DNA of 39,295 bases, from assembly GCA_013416795.1 (NCBI GenBank), contig RQSC01001082.1:1-39295 (forward strand), read 5' to 3'. Source of the stretch: Prasinococcaceae sp. CCMP 1430 (lineage: Eukaryota > Plantae > Prasinodermophyta). A model generated the notes under the pieces. That model was not told the origin of the DNA and ran no database searches. It worked only from the letters and a program-made list of their open reading frames with translations. A program made the translations under genes and the position numbers. Every line of letters starts with the position of its first letter. Position 1 is the first letter of the stretch. Below are positions 25,768 through 36,068 of the stretch, one piece after another.

Positions 25768-28700
25768 CGACAGCCCAAGGCGCGACGCGCCGTCATCGTG
25801 CAGCCCGTTGATCGGCGCGCCCACGAAGCTCGGAAATGTCCTGCGCCTCAGTCTTTCAAGCTCGTTGCGCAGGAACGTGATCTCCTCGGCCTGCGCTTTG
25901 CCGATGTCCTGCAGTTTGCGCTGCGTGACGAGAGAGCGCATACGCCGCGACGCGACCTCCTTGGAAAGCACCTTTGTGGTCGACTCCTCGATGGCGCGCG
26001 ATTGGTCCTCTACCGAACGCTCGAGATCCTCCGCATTGGCGTGGATGCTGTTGTTCTTCTCCACCGTGTCGCGCAGCGAGCGCGCCACGCGCTGCAGCAG
26101 ACGGCGCTTCTCGCCGACCTTCTTGTCGTGGAGGCGCCGATTGTGCTCGAGGCGCGATTCGAGCACCGCGAGCTCCGGCGCACTGGTAGTAGCCTCGCCA
26201 CCTTTCACCAGCTCCTGCAGCTGGCGCGTGACACGCATCAGCTGAAACTCGCGGAGCCTCTCCACGGCGTCCGTGGTGCGCATCTCTAGGCTCTGGTTGG
26301 CCCACTCGAGCTCGTAGATACCCCGCTTGAAGTCCTTGATGGCACTCAGAATGTCGAGCTTCTGCGTACCGTGCTTGCTCTCGATCTCGCAGTTGAGGTC
26401 TTCCACCACGGTGCGTTCGAGCAACAACGCGTCGGTGTCTTCCGCAGGCGACACGGTGTGCGTGAGGCCCGTGCCCCACGTCTCAACCTGCCCCTGCTTG
26501 ACACGCAGCGGGACCTCCTGGTCGCGCGCGCGCTTCGCACGACCTTGGCGCAGCGTATCAAGTGCGCGACTTGCCGCCTCGACCTCGCCGCGCACACGGT
26601 CATCCTCTGCGGAGAGAGAAGCAGCGTGGCGCAGCTTGTCGGCGAGTATCGCCTGCTGCTCGCGGATGGCAGCCTCGGTGTCGAGCTTTCGCTGGCGCGC
26701 GTCGACAAGCCGATCCCACCACGCCTGCTCGCAGCCCTCGGGCCGGTCGAATACCTCCTCGAGCACGCTGCCCCCACTTGAGGCTACAAGCTTGGCGTGT
26801 TTAGCGGCCACCAGCGCCTCAGCGAAGGGATCCTGCGAGCCGACCGCGCGCTCCTGTTCCATGAGCGAGGTGGCAGCTTGTACGGACTCCGCCTCGGCTA
26901 TCTCCGACACGCGGCGCCGCAGCATCTCGGCGTCTGCAGTGTAGGCCTCGACGCTAGCGCGGGCACCACGTGGCATCGACACACCGGTGACGGGCACGTG
27001 CTTGGCACGCGTTGGTTGTGCGCCGGTGGCCGTACCCATGGCGTTCGACGTCGCACCCGCCACCGGCATGCCATTGACGTTCACGCGAGCCACCTTGCCG
27101 CGGCGTTTGAAGAGCTTGTATAGCACGTCGAGGTACTCACCGGTGTCGGCGAAAGCGCGCTTGAACGAGCGCTCCAGGGCGCGGTCCTCGGCAACGAGCA
27201 CGTCTATGTCCTCACGCAGTGCATCCACCTCGTCTTTGTACGCAGATACCGCGCTTGAGGTACTCTTTCGCTCTCGCGTGAGGCGCTCGATAGAATTGAC
27301 GAGCTCTACCTCGGCCTCAGCGTCGGCCTCGGTCTCGCGTTCCACGCTCACAGCGAGCTGAAGCAGGCTCAGCTCGGTGGCAGCCACCTGAGCCTCGGCG
27401 GCCGCGTGTTCGGCCAGCGCACCCGCCTGTGCACTGTCGAACGCTATGCACACCTCCTCAGCGTCGGCGCTGAGCGTTTTGAGTTCCGACTCGAGCGCCT
27501 TGACGCGCTTCTCGCGTTCGTCGGCCGCAGCGGCCTCGCGCGCCTCCCACGCGGCCAGCTCCTTGATCTGCTCATCTGTCATTTTGCTGCGGTCACCCTC
27601 CATCCACTCGGGCCGCGAATCTACGGCCTCACCCGCGTCGCCGCCTTTGCCGTTCCCAACCAGTTGCCCGCCCATCATATCCTTGAGAGCGCGCTCGCGC
27701 GGGTCGTCGCCAGACATAGCTGCCATCCGCGCCGCCTCATCGGCGGCCTCCTTGGCCGCGCGTGCGCGCTCCTCATCCGACATGAAGCGCTCCACGCCAA
27801 TCTCTGAATCGTCTACACTCAACATCGAGCCCTCAACCTCCTGCGGCTCCAGCGCGGGCGTCTCCACGCGGACAATGGCCCCCTCGACGCCCTCAGCGCG
27901 GAGTTCAGACACGATCTCTGTACAGCGGGTATGGATCTCAGCAATACGGTCGATATCGGCTGCTTTGCGCTGGGCGAGTGCGTCAACGGACTCGTTGGCC
28001 GCTTTGCGCTGCTCAGCGAGGCGCAGTCCAAGCATAAAGATCTGCGCGCGTTTGCGTGTCGCAGGCGCGAGGTCGTAAGGGCCGTACAGCAGGCCTTCGA
28101 CGCTCCTGTCTAGGACACCATCGCGACCGTCAAGCGCGCTACCGCCGTCCCCAGCTGCAGCACCACCCGTGCCGCCGCCGCGCGCACCCGCGTCGTCGTC
28201 CTCACGCTCCTCGTCATCGCGGGTTTCGGTCTCCTTCATGTCGCCTAGGAAGCGTGAGCGCGTCGTGGCGGCGTTCTCAGCCATCTCGATGCGCCGCAAG
28301 AATGCTGCCTTGCGCCCGAGCGCCTCTGTGAGACCAGGCTTGCCGATGCCGAATGAGCGCAGCTCGTTGAATGCCACACACGGGGCGCTGCTGTCTTTCC
28401 CGGTGCTTGTGATGGCGCCGCTCTGGGCTGCAACGGTTGAGCCTCCCGCGACATCCGCCACTGTGACTCCGAAGGGGCGCACAACGCGCGTTTGCACCGC
28501 CATGGTGTCATGACATTGAGCCACGAGGCGGCGCGCGACGATCTCGTTGCGCGCATCACCTTCTAATACGTCGATGCGCGCTTCCGCGACACGCTCGAGG
28601 CCGCGGCGCTGCAGCGCCTCGCGTGCCTCAAAGTCAACGACGATCTCAGCACGGTCGATGCGCTCCAAATCCGACGCGGACTCATTGGTGCGCAAAATGT

Positions 28701-31077
28701 CCTGGAAGAGCGACCGCAGCTCCTGTAGCTCGACGCGTAGGCGGGCGCGATGATCACCAAGTTCACCAGCATCGTCGTTGGCTTCAAGAGTGAAATGCGA
28801 GAGCGACGCGCTTGCGTCGTCTGCACCCGAGCCGCCCTCGGCGGCGGACCCTATTGGCACCTCATCGTCGTTGTCTATGGCGTCCATGTCGTCGGCGGTG
28901 CCGCCGTCACCGCCTGCACCATTGCCGTCGTTCGTAATCCCGCACGTCTGCGACGACGACGTTGTGGCTGCTTGCGCACTGCGCGCTGCCAGGAGCAGAG
29001 CCTTTGCATCTGGCGAGCCCTCGCACGTGAGTGCGAGGATGGAGCCGTCGACGCCGGCCGATACCAGAGCGCCACCCGTAACAAGCGTAACGCCTATGCC
29101 GCCACCCTGTGCGCTCGCGTGCAGCCGCTCCTTGACCAAGCTCGGCGCCGATGTCTCTAGCCTGCCCGTGGCGAGGGGTACTATCGTCACCGAGCCATCG
29201 CCCGCACTCACACACACGTACGCGCCATCTGCCGTAAGCGATAGCGATGTGCCAGGTTTCTCAGCCACTGGTGGGGTGCGCTCGTCAGGCGAGCGCACGC
29301 GCGAGCCTGTGCCGCCCCAAGCCTGCTTGCGCTCCGACAGCACGTAGCGACAGAGCGTCTTCTCTTCGTCGAGTGCCAATATGGCACCCTTAGGAGACTC
29401 GACCAGCGAGGTCAACGCGCTCGCCACACGGAACGACTGATAGTCTACGTCGCCGGCTTTGAGCTTGTACGGGATACAGGAGGTGGTGTTTGAGGCGCGT
29501 GGGGCCGCCGCAGGTGGTCGCAAGCGGAAGACCTCCGGCGCAGCAGAGCGCAGACAGCCCACGAGCGCGCCGTCATCAGTGAAAGCGAGCGACGCGACGT
29601 CGGCGCCCTCGCCGAGATCGATGAACCCAAGCGGCACCACGGTGGCAGCACTTCCGCGGGTGGGGCTGTCGGTCGCGAGCAACCACAAACGGCCGTCGGC
29701 GCCGGCCGACGCCGCATGCGACCCGCTCGCTGAAAGCGCGAGAGCGCACACGGGCCCTGCGTGAAGGCGCGCGCGGTACGCCACGACGGGCACGGACGGC
29801 TCTGCGCAACGGACCAAGCGCACGACACCACTCTTGCCACCGATGGCCACGAGCGCGCGCGGCGAGCGCGTTGCAGCCACGAGGCAAGTCTGGGCGGAGC
29901 TGAACTGGCGCTTGCCGGCGAGCACAAACGTGCCGCCAGTGAGTTCCGGCACAGACCATACACGCAGCGTACCATCCTCGCCAGTGGTGACGACGTGTGA
30001 GCCGCCAGGTAGGCCAGCCAGTCCCGCAACTGCACCTGCATGCGCGTCAAGCTCTGTGGCAACCTCGGTTGCGACGGCTGGAGGCATGCCTTTCTTGTCG
30101 GACGGCGTGTCGGCAATGCGTACGACTGAGCCGTCGGCGAGGCCAACGAGCATGGCCAGGTGATCTTCCTCAAAGCTAACGCCGCGCACTTCGGCCATGC
30201 CAAGCACCTCTTCATGCACCAGCGATGCCGCACCAGATCTTGTCTCGCCCTGCACGTCAACGGCGTGTGTGTACCACAGAGCTCTGCCCAGTTGCGTGAA
30301 GAGGACCACGTGGTGGCGCGTCGCCGCCACGCGGGTGATCGGCGCCGCGTCATCCATCACGATGATGGACAATGCGCCCGAGACCGAGCTGCGCACCGGC
30401 CGCCCACTCAGTGCGCGCACAGCGAGCGCCTCGCCGCCGGCGCAGCCCACGTACAAGACACTGCCGGGCATCCACGCGTGGCAGTGCGGCCGCAGTGACT
30501 GCGTCAGGAAGTCGCCGCCGAAGTCAGCGTCCACGCGGCGTACAGAGTAGTGCTTGTCCGCGCGGTCGACATTGAAGATGGCCAGACGACCTGCGCCCGA
30601 TGCGCACAGCTGGTGCTCGTTGAGAGGGTTGAAAGTCAGGTCGGCTATGTCGAAGTCAAGCGTGCTCTCGACGAGCAGCGCGGGCTCAGTCTGCGAGAGG
30701 TCCCACAGGCGCAGCTTGTGGTCAGGATGCACCGATGCCGTGGCGAGCAACTGGCCATTGTTCGAGAACGCCAGAGCCGCCACGTCCAATGCTGCCGCGC
30801 CCTCGATGCTCGCCACGCGCGCGAGCGAGTCGCAATCGTGCAGGTGAACCACAGGCGCGAGCGCGCCGCGCTCGGCATAGGCGAGCATACATGTCGAGCG
30901 GCAGACAGCGAAGACACCCACGCCCGAGCCGGTTCCCTCCAGGAACTTATCGCCCTTATTGCGGGTGCGAAGCCTGAGCCCGTTGCCGCACACGCTCACC
31001 CACGTCGACGCAGTGAGATGGCCGATCCGCCCGCAGTCATACCCCACGCCTGCCTCGATGATGCTCTCGAAGTCCAT
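25756..31077 (-). CDS. CFAP43: Cilia- and flagella-associated protein 43 (WD40 repeats plus coiled coil), single exon, 1773 aa
   Basis: N-terminal WD40 repeats. C-terminal VKQGQVE, KDFKRGIYELEW, FQLMRVTRQLQ and QAEEITFLRNELERLRRRTFPSF. Confidence 0.9.
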   Translation of the reverse strand: MDFESIIEAGVGYDCGRIGHLTASTWVSVCGNGLRLRTRNKGDKFLEGTGSGVGVFAVCRSTCMLAYAERGALAPVVHLHDCDSLARVASIEGAAALDVAALAFSNNGQLLATASVHPDHKLRLWDLSQTEPALLVESTLDFDIADLTFNPLNEHQLCASGAGRLAIFNVDRADKHYSVRRVDADFGGDFLTQSLRPHCHAWMPGSVLYVGCAGGEALAVRALSGRPVRSSVSGALSIIVMDDAAPITRVAATRHHVVLFTQLGRALWYTHAVDVQGETRSGAASLVHEEVLGMAEVRGVSFEEDHLAMLVGLADGSVVRIADTPSDKKGMPPAVATEVATELDAHAGAVAGLAGLPGGSHVVTTGEDGTLRVWSVPELTGGTFVLAGKRQFSSAQTCLVAATRSPRALVAIGGKSGVVRLVRCAEPSVPVVAYRARLHAGPVCALALSASGSHAASAGADGRLWLLATDSPTRGSAATVVPLGFIDLGEGADVASLAFTDDGALVGCLRSAAPEVFRLRPPAAAPRASNTTSCIPYKLKAGDVDYQSFRVASALTSLVESPKGAILALDEEKTLCRYVLSERKQAWGGTGSRVRSPDERTPPVAEKPGTSLSLTADGAYVCVSAGDGSVTIVPLATGRLETSAPSLVKERLHASAQGGGIGVTLVTGGALVSAGVDGSILALTCEGSPDAKALLLAARSAQAATTSSSQTCGITNDGNGAGGDGGTADDMDAIDNDDEVPIGSAAEGGSGADDASASLSHFTLEANDDAGELGDHRARLRVELQELRSLFQDILRTNESASDLERIDRAEIVVDFEAREALQRRGLERVAEARIDVLEGDARNEIVARRLVAQCHDTMAVQTRVVRPFGVTVADVAGGSTVAAQSGAITSTGKDSSAPCVAFNELRSFGIGKPGLTEALGRKAAFLRRIEMAENAATTRSRFLGDMKETETRDDEEREDDDAGARGGGTGGAAAGDGGSALDGRDGVLDRSVEGLLYGPYDLAPATRKRAQIFMLGLRLAEQRKAANESVDALAQRKAADIDRIAEIHTRCTEIVSELRAEGVEGAIVRVETPALEPQEVEGSMLSVDDSEIGVERFMSDEERARAAKEAADEAARMAAMSGDDPRERALKDMMGGQLVGNGKGGDAGEAVDSRPEWMEGDRSKMTDEQIKELAAWEAREAAAADEREKRVKALESELKTLSADAEEVCIAFDSAQAGALAEHAAAEAQVAATELSLLQLAVSVERETEADAEAEVELVNSIERLTRERKSTSSAVSAYKDEVDALREDIDVLVAEDRALERSFKRAFADTGEYLDVLYKLFKRRGKVARVNVNGMPVAGATSNAMGTATGAQPTRAKHVPVTGVSMPRGARASVEAYTADAEMLRRRVSEIAEAESVQAATSLMEQERAVGSQDPFAEALVAAKHAKLVASSGGSVLEEVFDRPEGCEQAWWDRLVDARQRKLDTEAAIREQQAILADKLRHAASLSAEDDRVRGEVEAASRALDTLRQGRAKRARDQEVPLRVKQGQVETWGTGLTHTVSPAEDTDALLLERTVVEDLNCEIESKHGTQKLDILSAIKDFKRGIYELEWANQSLEMRTTDAVERLREFQLMRVTRQLQELVKGGEATTSAPELAVLESRLEHNRRLHDKKVGEKRRLLQRVARSLRDTVEKNNSIHANAEDLERSVEDQSRAIEESTTKVLSKEVASRRMRSLVTQRKLQDIGKAQAEEITFLRNELERLRRRTFPSFVGAPINGLHDDGASRLGLSCNS

Positions 31078-31653
31078 GGCCCGATGTATGCACCTGTGCG
31101 CGCCAGCGCGCGCCTGAGCGCCGCGGAGCCACGGGCGCGCCGGGCGCCGCGCGGCAGCACGCCAGCCGCGACGCTACTCGCCAGCACGTGCAGGGAGGGG
31201 AGCTGGGGGGCGACGATTGCGCCGCCCTGCCCCGCTCCACCAGAGTGGCGCACGCAGCGCGAGCGCACCCGCCGGGCTACCCCTGCCATCCCCACCCGCC
31301 GCTGGCCGCGCCGCGGCGGCAGCTTCGGCGCGCGCGGACGATGCCCCGGCGTGCGCGACGGCAGATGAACGATTTCCAGTACGAGGTGGACTGCCGCTAC
31401 TCGGGCAACGCGCCGGATCGGGAACGGATCGGTCGGGGAACTGCGGATGTGTTTGGGTTGACCGTGCTCCCAAAATTTCTGTTTACAACAAAGGGTTAAT
31501 TAAATTTCGGATGTGGACACGGGCGCGCAAAGCGTCGCTGGCGCCCACGGTGGGCGGCGGTGGCAGTGCGCGCGGGCGAGGCGGGGCTGTTGGCCGCGCC
31601 GGCCGCCGCGCGCGCGGCCGCAGGCTAAGCGGCGGCCCTCGGCCGCCGCTGCC

Positions 31654-33434
31654 ATGGCCAGGCTCAGAAGGACCGCCGACGCGGAGGCAGGCGCCGCTGA
31701 GGACGATCCAACCGAGCAACCAGCTCATCGCGGGGGGAGAAGAGCCAAGGCTGGGCGCGAGGGGGAAGCTGAGGCCGAGGACGAGCGCGCAGCCCGGAGG
31801 GTGGCAAGGGGCGCGTCGGCCTCGTCGGAAAGAGCGGCCGCGAAGGCGACGGGCGACGTGGGGGCGTTGGGCGTGGACGATGGCGAAATGATGTTTGAGT
31901 ACGACCTCCTGCTGGCGGCCCCGAGGGGCGCGCGGCTGCGAGCGGCCTTGTCGAACGAGCACGCGCGCGTGCCGCGCGGCAGCACGGAGGCCGACATGGC
32001 GTCCATCGACGCAGTCTGGGCGGCGCGTGTGGCGAAGCAGCCATCGTTGTACGATGCGCCAAAGTTTCGCCTGGCGGGGTGCAGCGTTGCGCGGGGTAGC
32101 TCACGCGCGGCCCCGGCGACCGTCACAGTGCACCTCGGCCTGACGTCGTACAAAGAGTACCTCGGAACCAACTGCGCCCCCTCCGACGGAGATGCCGATG
32201 GGAACGGTGGTGCTGGTGATGCTGGTAGTAGCAGTGACCGCCACAGGGGGGCTGACGGCTGTGCGGAGGCCAGCGGCGGTCGGAGACCAAAGATCCCGCG
32301 CGAGCACCTCGGCGGCTGGCGCGGATGGCTCGCAGAGCCGCACCGCCGTTGGGACGAACCGGGCCTGCCAGCCTTCGCCTTTGCATCGGCCGTCGGCGGC
32401 GTCGCGTGCTTCTCTGCGGGCGTGGATGAGGAGAGCGCGTCGTACAGACACATGAGCGATAGTTTGGGAAACGGAGCCATCGTCGAGACGATCGACAACG
32501 TGCGTGCGCATGTCCTGTTCAGCTCAATCCCATTGCACGAGTCGTCAACACGTCTCACCACCTGTACTCGCGCGCGCACACACAGCCCAAGCGCGCAGCC
32601 GCCACCGCCCTAGCCCTGCTTGAAGCACGCTGACTTCTGGCGCGCGCTCTCCCGCACCTTCATTTTGGACGACTGAACCTTCGCCGCGACACTCAGCACG
32701 TCCTCCTGTTGCGGCGGGGCACAGATGTTGGCGAGGCGCCCGGCCTCCTGGTGTTTCCGGGGGGACATCCGGAGCCCGAAAACGTGCGCAGGCCGACGAG
32801 CGGTGGAGTCGACCCAGCGGTGCCTGATGACGACCGCCTCGCCGCGCGTGCGACGGACGAGCCAAGGGAGAGCGCAGAACCCGTCAGTGGGGCAGCTATG
32901 GATGCGAACGTTGCGGACGGCGCTGTCGGTGACGTGCCCATGCAGGATGCTGATACACGAGCGGGAGGGACTGCGGGCGCGCGTGAGAGCCCGGAGGTGG
33001 GAACTCTCGCCGCAGCGATTGCGAGGGACGGCGCTGACAACGCCGCGAGTGGCAGCGGGTGGGACGAGCAAGTGACCGAGGAGCTCTATGACAGCATGCT
33101 CCGCGAGGTGCACGAGGAGACAGGCCTGCCGCGCGCGGTGCTCAGTGCCCCTCGCTTCATCGGCGCCGCCCGACGCCGCGAGAATGTCCGCAGCGGGCTC
33201 TTCTTCCACATCGAGGCCCGGGTGACTGCTGCCCAGGCTACAGTCGCATTCAAGGACCGACAGGACCGATTCGAGGCTCTCGAGCTGCACTGCGTGCGCG
33301 TGGAGGAGCTCCCGGCGCTCGTCGGCGACGGGACGCGCGTCATGCCGGGCTGCCACATGGGCGCCGCCAAGCTCTTTGAGTACGTTCTGTGGGAGCGCGC
33401 CAAGCACGGCAAGGGCGCCTGGCTCGATCTGTAA
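31654..33434 (+). CDS. NUDT22: Nudix hydrolase of the NUDT22/plant NUDX9 type; exons 31654-32499 and 32697-33434 (a further intron in exon 1 is possible)
   Basis: LYDAPKFRL, HLGLTSYKEYLGTN, SLGNGAIVETIDN|HVLLLRRG...FPGGHPEP and Nudix box REVHEETGL. Phase-0 intron GTGCGT...CTCAG. Confidence 0.85.
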
Positions 33435-33698
33435 GACTACGTAGCTAGATGCATCAATGACATGAGAGCGACGGACGTGTCGCGATGAACGCATCGTCAC
33501 CGATGTTTGGGTTTCGCAGAGGCGGTATAGGGTTTGACACAGAGGGTTTATGTCACGTGCTGGAAGCGGTGGGGCTCAGGGCCACATCAGGCTGCGCCTC
33601 TGCGGTCTGCAGGGCGTTGTAGCTGGGGCGGCGAGGGACGCGCGACGGGCGCCGAGTCCGCTCACCAGGCGCTCGCCGCGCGTCCCCTCCGCGGGCGC

Positions 33699-34267
33699 TC
33701 ACGCGAACGAGAGGACCTCGATCTCGAAGACGAGGCGCGAGTTGGGCATGATGCCCCACGCGGGGAAGCCGCCCGAGCCGTAGGCGTAGTCCGGCGTGCA
33801 GTCGAGAGTGGCGACTTCGCCGAGCTCCATCCCCAGAACGCCCTCGTCCCAGCCCTTGATCACGCTGCCGGTGCCAACGTTGAACGTGAACGGCTGCACG
33901 GGGGTGGCGCGTCGGGGGCAACAGGTCAGCGCCGGCGCCGGCGCCGGCGTTGGCGCCGCGCTGCGCGCCGCGCGCGGGTGGGGCCTCGCACCTGCTGACC
34001 CGGATCCTTGGTGCTCCAGAACTTCTCCTTGAGGTTGTTGTTCTTCCCGTAGCCTAAGGGGTTGCGCGCGGCGGCGGCGGCGAGCGGGCGAGCACGCGCG
34101 GTCAGCGTCAGCGCCTGCGCGGCGGCGGCGGCGGCGGCGCCTCCCATCCTCCCCCCTCCCCCTCGCCCAGCCGCGCACGCACCGGTGCAGTGCACCGTGA
34201 CGGCCTGGCCTTTCTTGGGCAGGGCGCCCGCCTGGCCTGGCTTGATCACGGTCTTGGTGACGCCCAT
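33699..34267 (-). CDS. FKBP12: FKBP12 peptidyl-prolyl isomerase, land-plant type; exons 34267-34183, 34053-33992, 33893-33699 (113 aa)
   Basis: Spliced product MGVTKTVIKPG...VTVHCTGYGKNNNLKEKFWSTKDPGQQPFTFNVGTGSVIKGWDEGV...YAYGSGGFPAWGIMPNSRLVFEIEVL. Confidence 0.97.
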
Positions 34268-34550
34268 CGCGCTCGCTGTCTGCTTGGTCGGCCTGCGTGC
34301 GCGCGTGCGGTGTGGCGCCCGCCGCGGGCCGATCGGCTCCCGGCCAAAGCGCGATACCAGTTATTTCAGATTCCTGCACATTTGACACAGCCTGTTGCGG
34401 GGCGCCCGATCGCATCGCATCGCGCGGGCGTTTTCGCGGCCCGCATTTCGCGCGTGCGCAAACCGAAAATCCCTTCCCGGGCCGGTACAGCGGCGCGCCG
34501 CTTTCGCCGCCGCCGTCTGCAGATCGGCGCGGGCGCGCGCGGCGCGGCCG

Positions 34551-35875
34551 ATGCGTTGGCGGACGCCGCGGCGGGCGCCCCCGTCAGGAGCAGCATCACC
34601 ACCCCCACGCCCATCACCTGCCAGAGCACCATCTCCAAGTCGGTGCGTGCCTCCGCGTCGAGCGCGCTCACCAAAGACACGCGCCTCGTGCTGTGCACGG
34701 AGCCCGAGGCCGAGTGGGCGCTCAAGTCCGCCATGTGCGAGGCCGGCTACGAGCCCTTCGTCTTCGCGCCGATCGATGATGCCGTGGCATCCACAGGGCC
34801 GCGCGAGGCTGCCGAGACCGCGCTGTTGGCCTTCGACAAGCGCTGGGGCACCCACGGCACAGTCGCCGGCGAGTCTGCAACGATCGCCGCCGCTCGCGCG
34901 CGCCAGGGCGGCTACGGCGACTTCGACCCGGAGACGTCGATCACCGTGCGCCTCAACGCACAGCTGAGCCGCTGCAGCGTCCACAGCGTCAACCTCGATC
35001 GCGAGCGTGCGGACGTCGCCGGCGTGGTGGCGCTCGACGGCGTGTGCACCGATGCCATGCGCGAGGAGCTGCTCACCTGGATGACCGCGCCTGGTTGGGA
35101 CCACTCCAAGGGGCCGCCCACCGACAAGTGGGAGCGGGCGACGCGGGACCAGGTGGGCGACGAGGAGGCGCCGCCCTCGTGGGGGCTCAAGGCAAAGGTG
35201 CTCGACGAACTCGCCGACCCCGAGAGGTGCCCGCCGGCGGCGCTCGAGGTGATCAGGCGTGTGGCCGCGCTCTACCCTGAGTTCGACGTGGACATGATGC
35301 CGGCGTCCGCGATGGCCGGACAGATGGCCCTCATGGAGGACGAGGACGGATCGGAGGGCGAAGGGGACGGTGCAGACGCCAGCGCAAGCGGCCCGTGCAT
35401 CCGCTCTCACGTTGGCAACGCGAGCATGGCCGGCGACACCTACGCCTGGCACCGTGACATGGACCCGAGCGCCATGTTCTTTGACTCGCCCTGGGCGGAG
35501 CGCTACGGATGCTACGCCAACCGGGAGATGCGCAAGCCCTACCTCGTCAGCGCGCTTCTCTACCTCGACGAGGACTGGCCCGATGCGTGGGATGCGGAGA
35601 CGCTCTTCTACGACGAGTCCAACGGCAGCGAAGGGGCGTGCGGGCTCTTCTCGAGGCCCGCGCCGGGGCGGATCGTGCTGATGGACCAAGACGTGAAGCA
35701 CAGGGTGAGCCCACCCTCGGCCAACGCGAAGCGCCCGCGCTACTCGCTCGTGTGGAAGCTCGCGTTCTACCCGCATCCGGGTGGCGCGGGCTACGGCGAC
35801 AAGGACACCACCGAGGCCACGCGGCGGGGCCACTACGCGCTCACTCGCAAGCGCTGGGGCAAGCCAGGCCTCTGA
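34551..35875 (+). CDS. 2-oxoglutarate/Fe(II)-dependent oxygenase (prolyl-4-hydroxylase-like clan); start unresolved (first ATG at 34551 is out of frame, first in-frame ATG is 34733)
   Basis: HxD (WHRD), SALLYLDEDW...ETLF, PAPGRIVL, distal His (KHRV) and RYS 2OG-binding motif. Confidence 0.85.
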
Positions 35876-36068
35876 GCTCTCACTCTCGTGGCGGCTGCCC
35901 CACGGGGCTCGATGCAAGCGAATGCGCGCCTAGCTTCCTCGCTCGCGGCCGCCCAGCGTAGCGTTTGGAAAGGACTTCAAGTACGTTCCAAGAGCACATA
36001 AGATCGTTTCTTTTCTTGTCAAGAAGGCCAAATTACACACACGCACCGATCGCTCTGCGCTCTTCATT

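Noticed and set aside
31654-33434. Nudix sugar-nucleotide hydrolase as part of the SWEET/kinase sugar module
   Set aside because: It lies 27 kb away behind many unrelated housekeeping genes, with no evidence of linkage.
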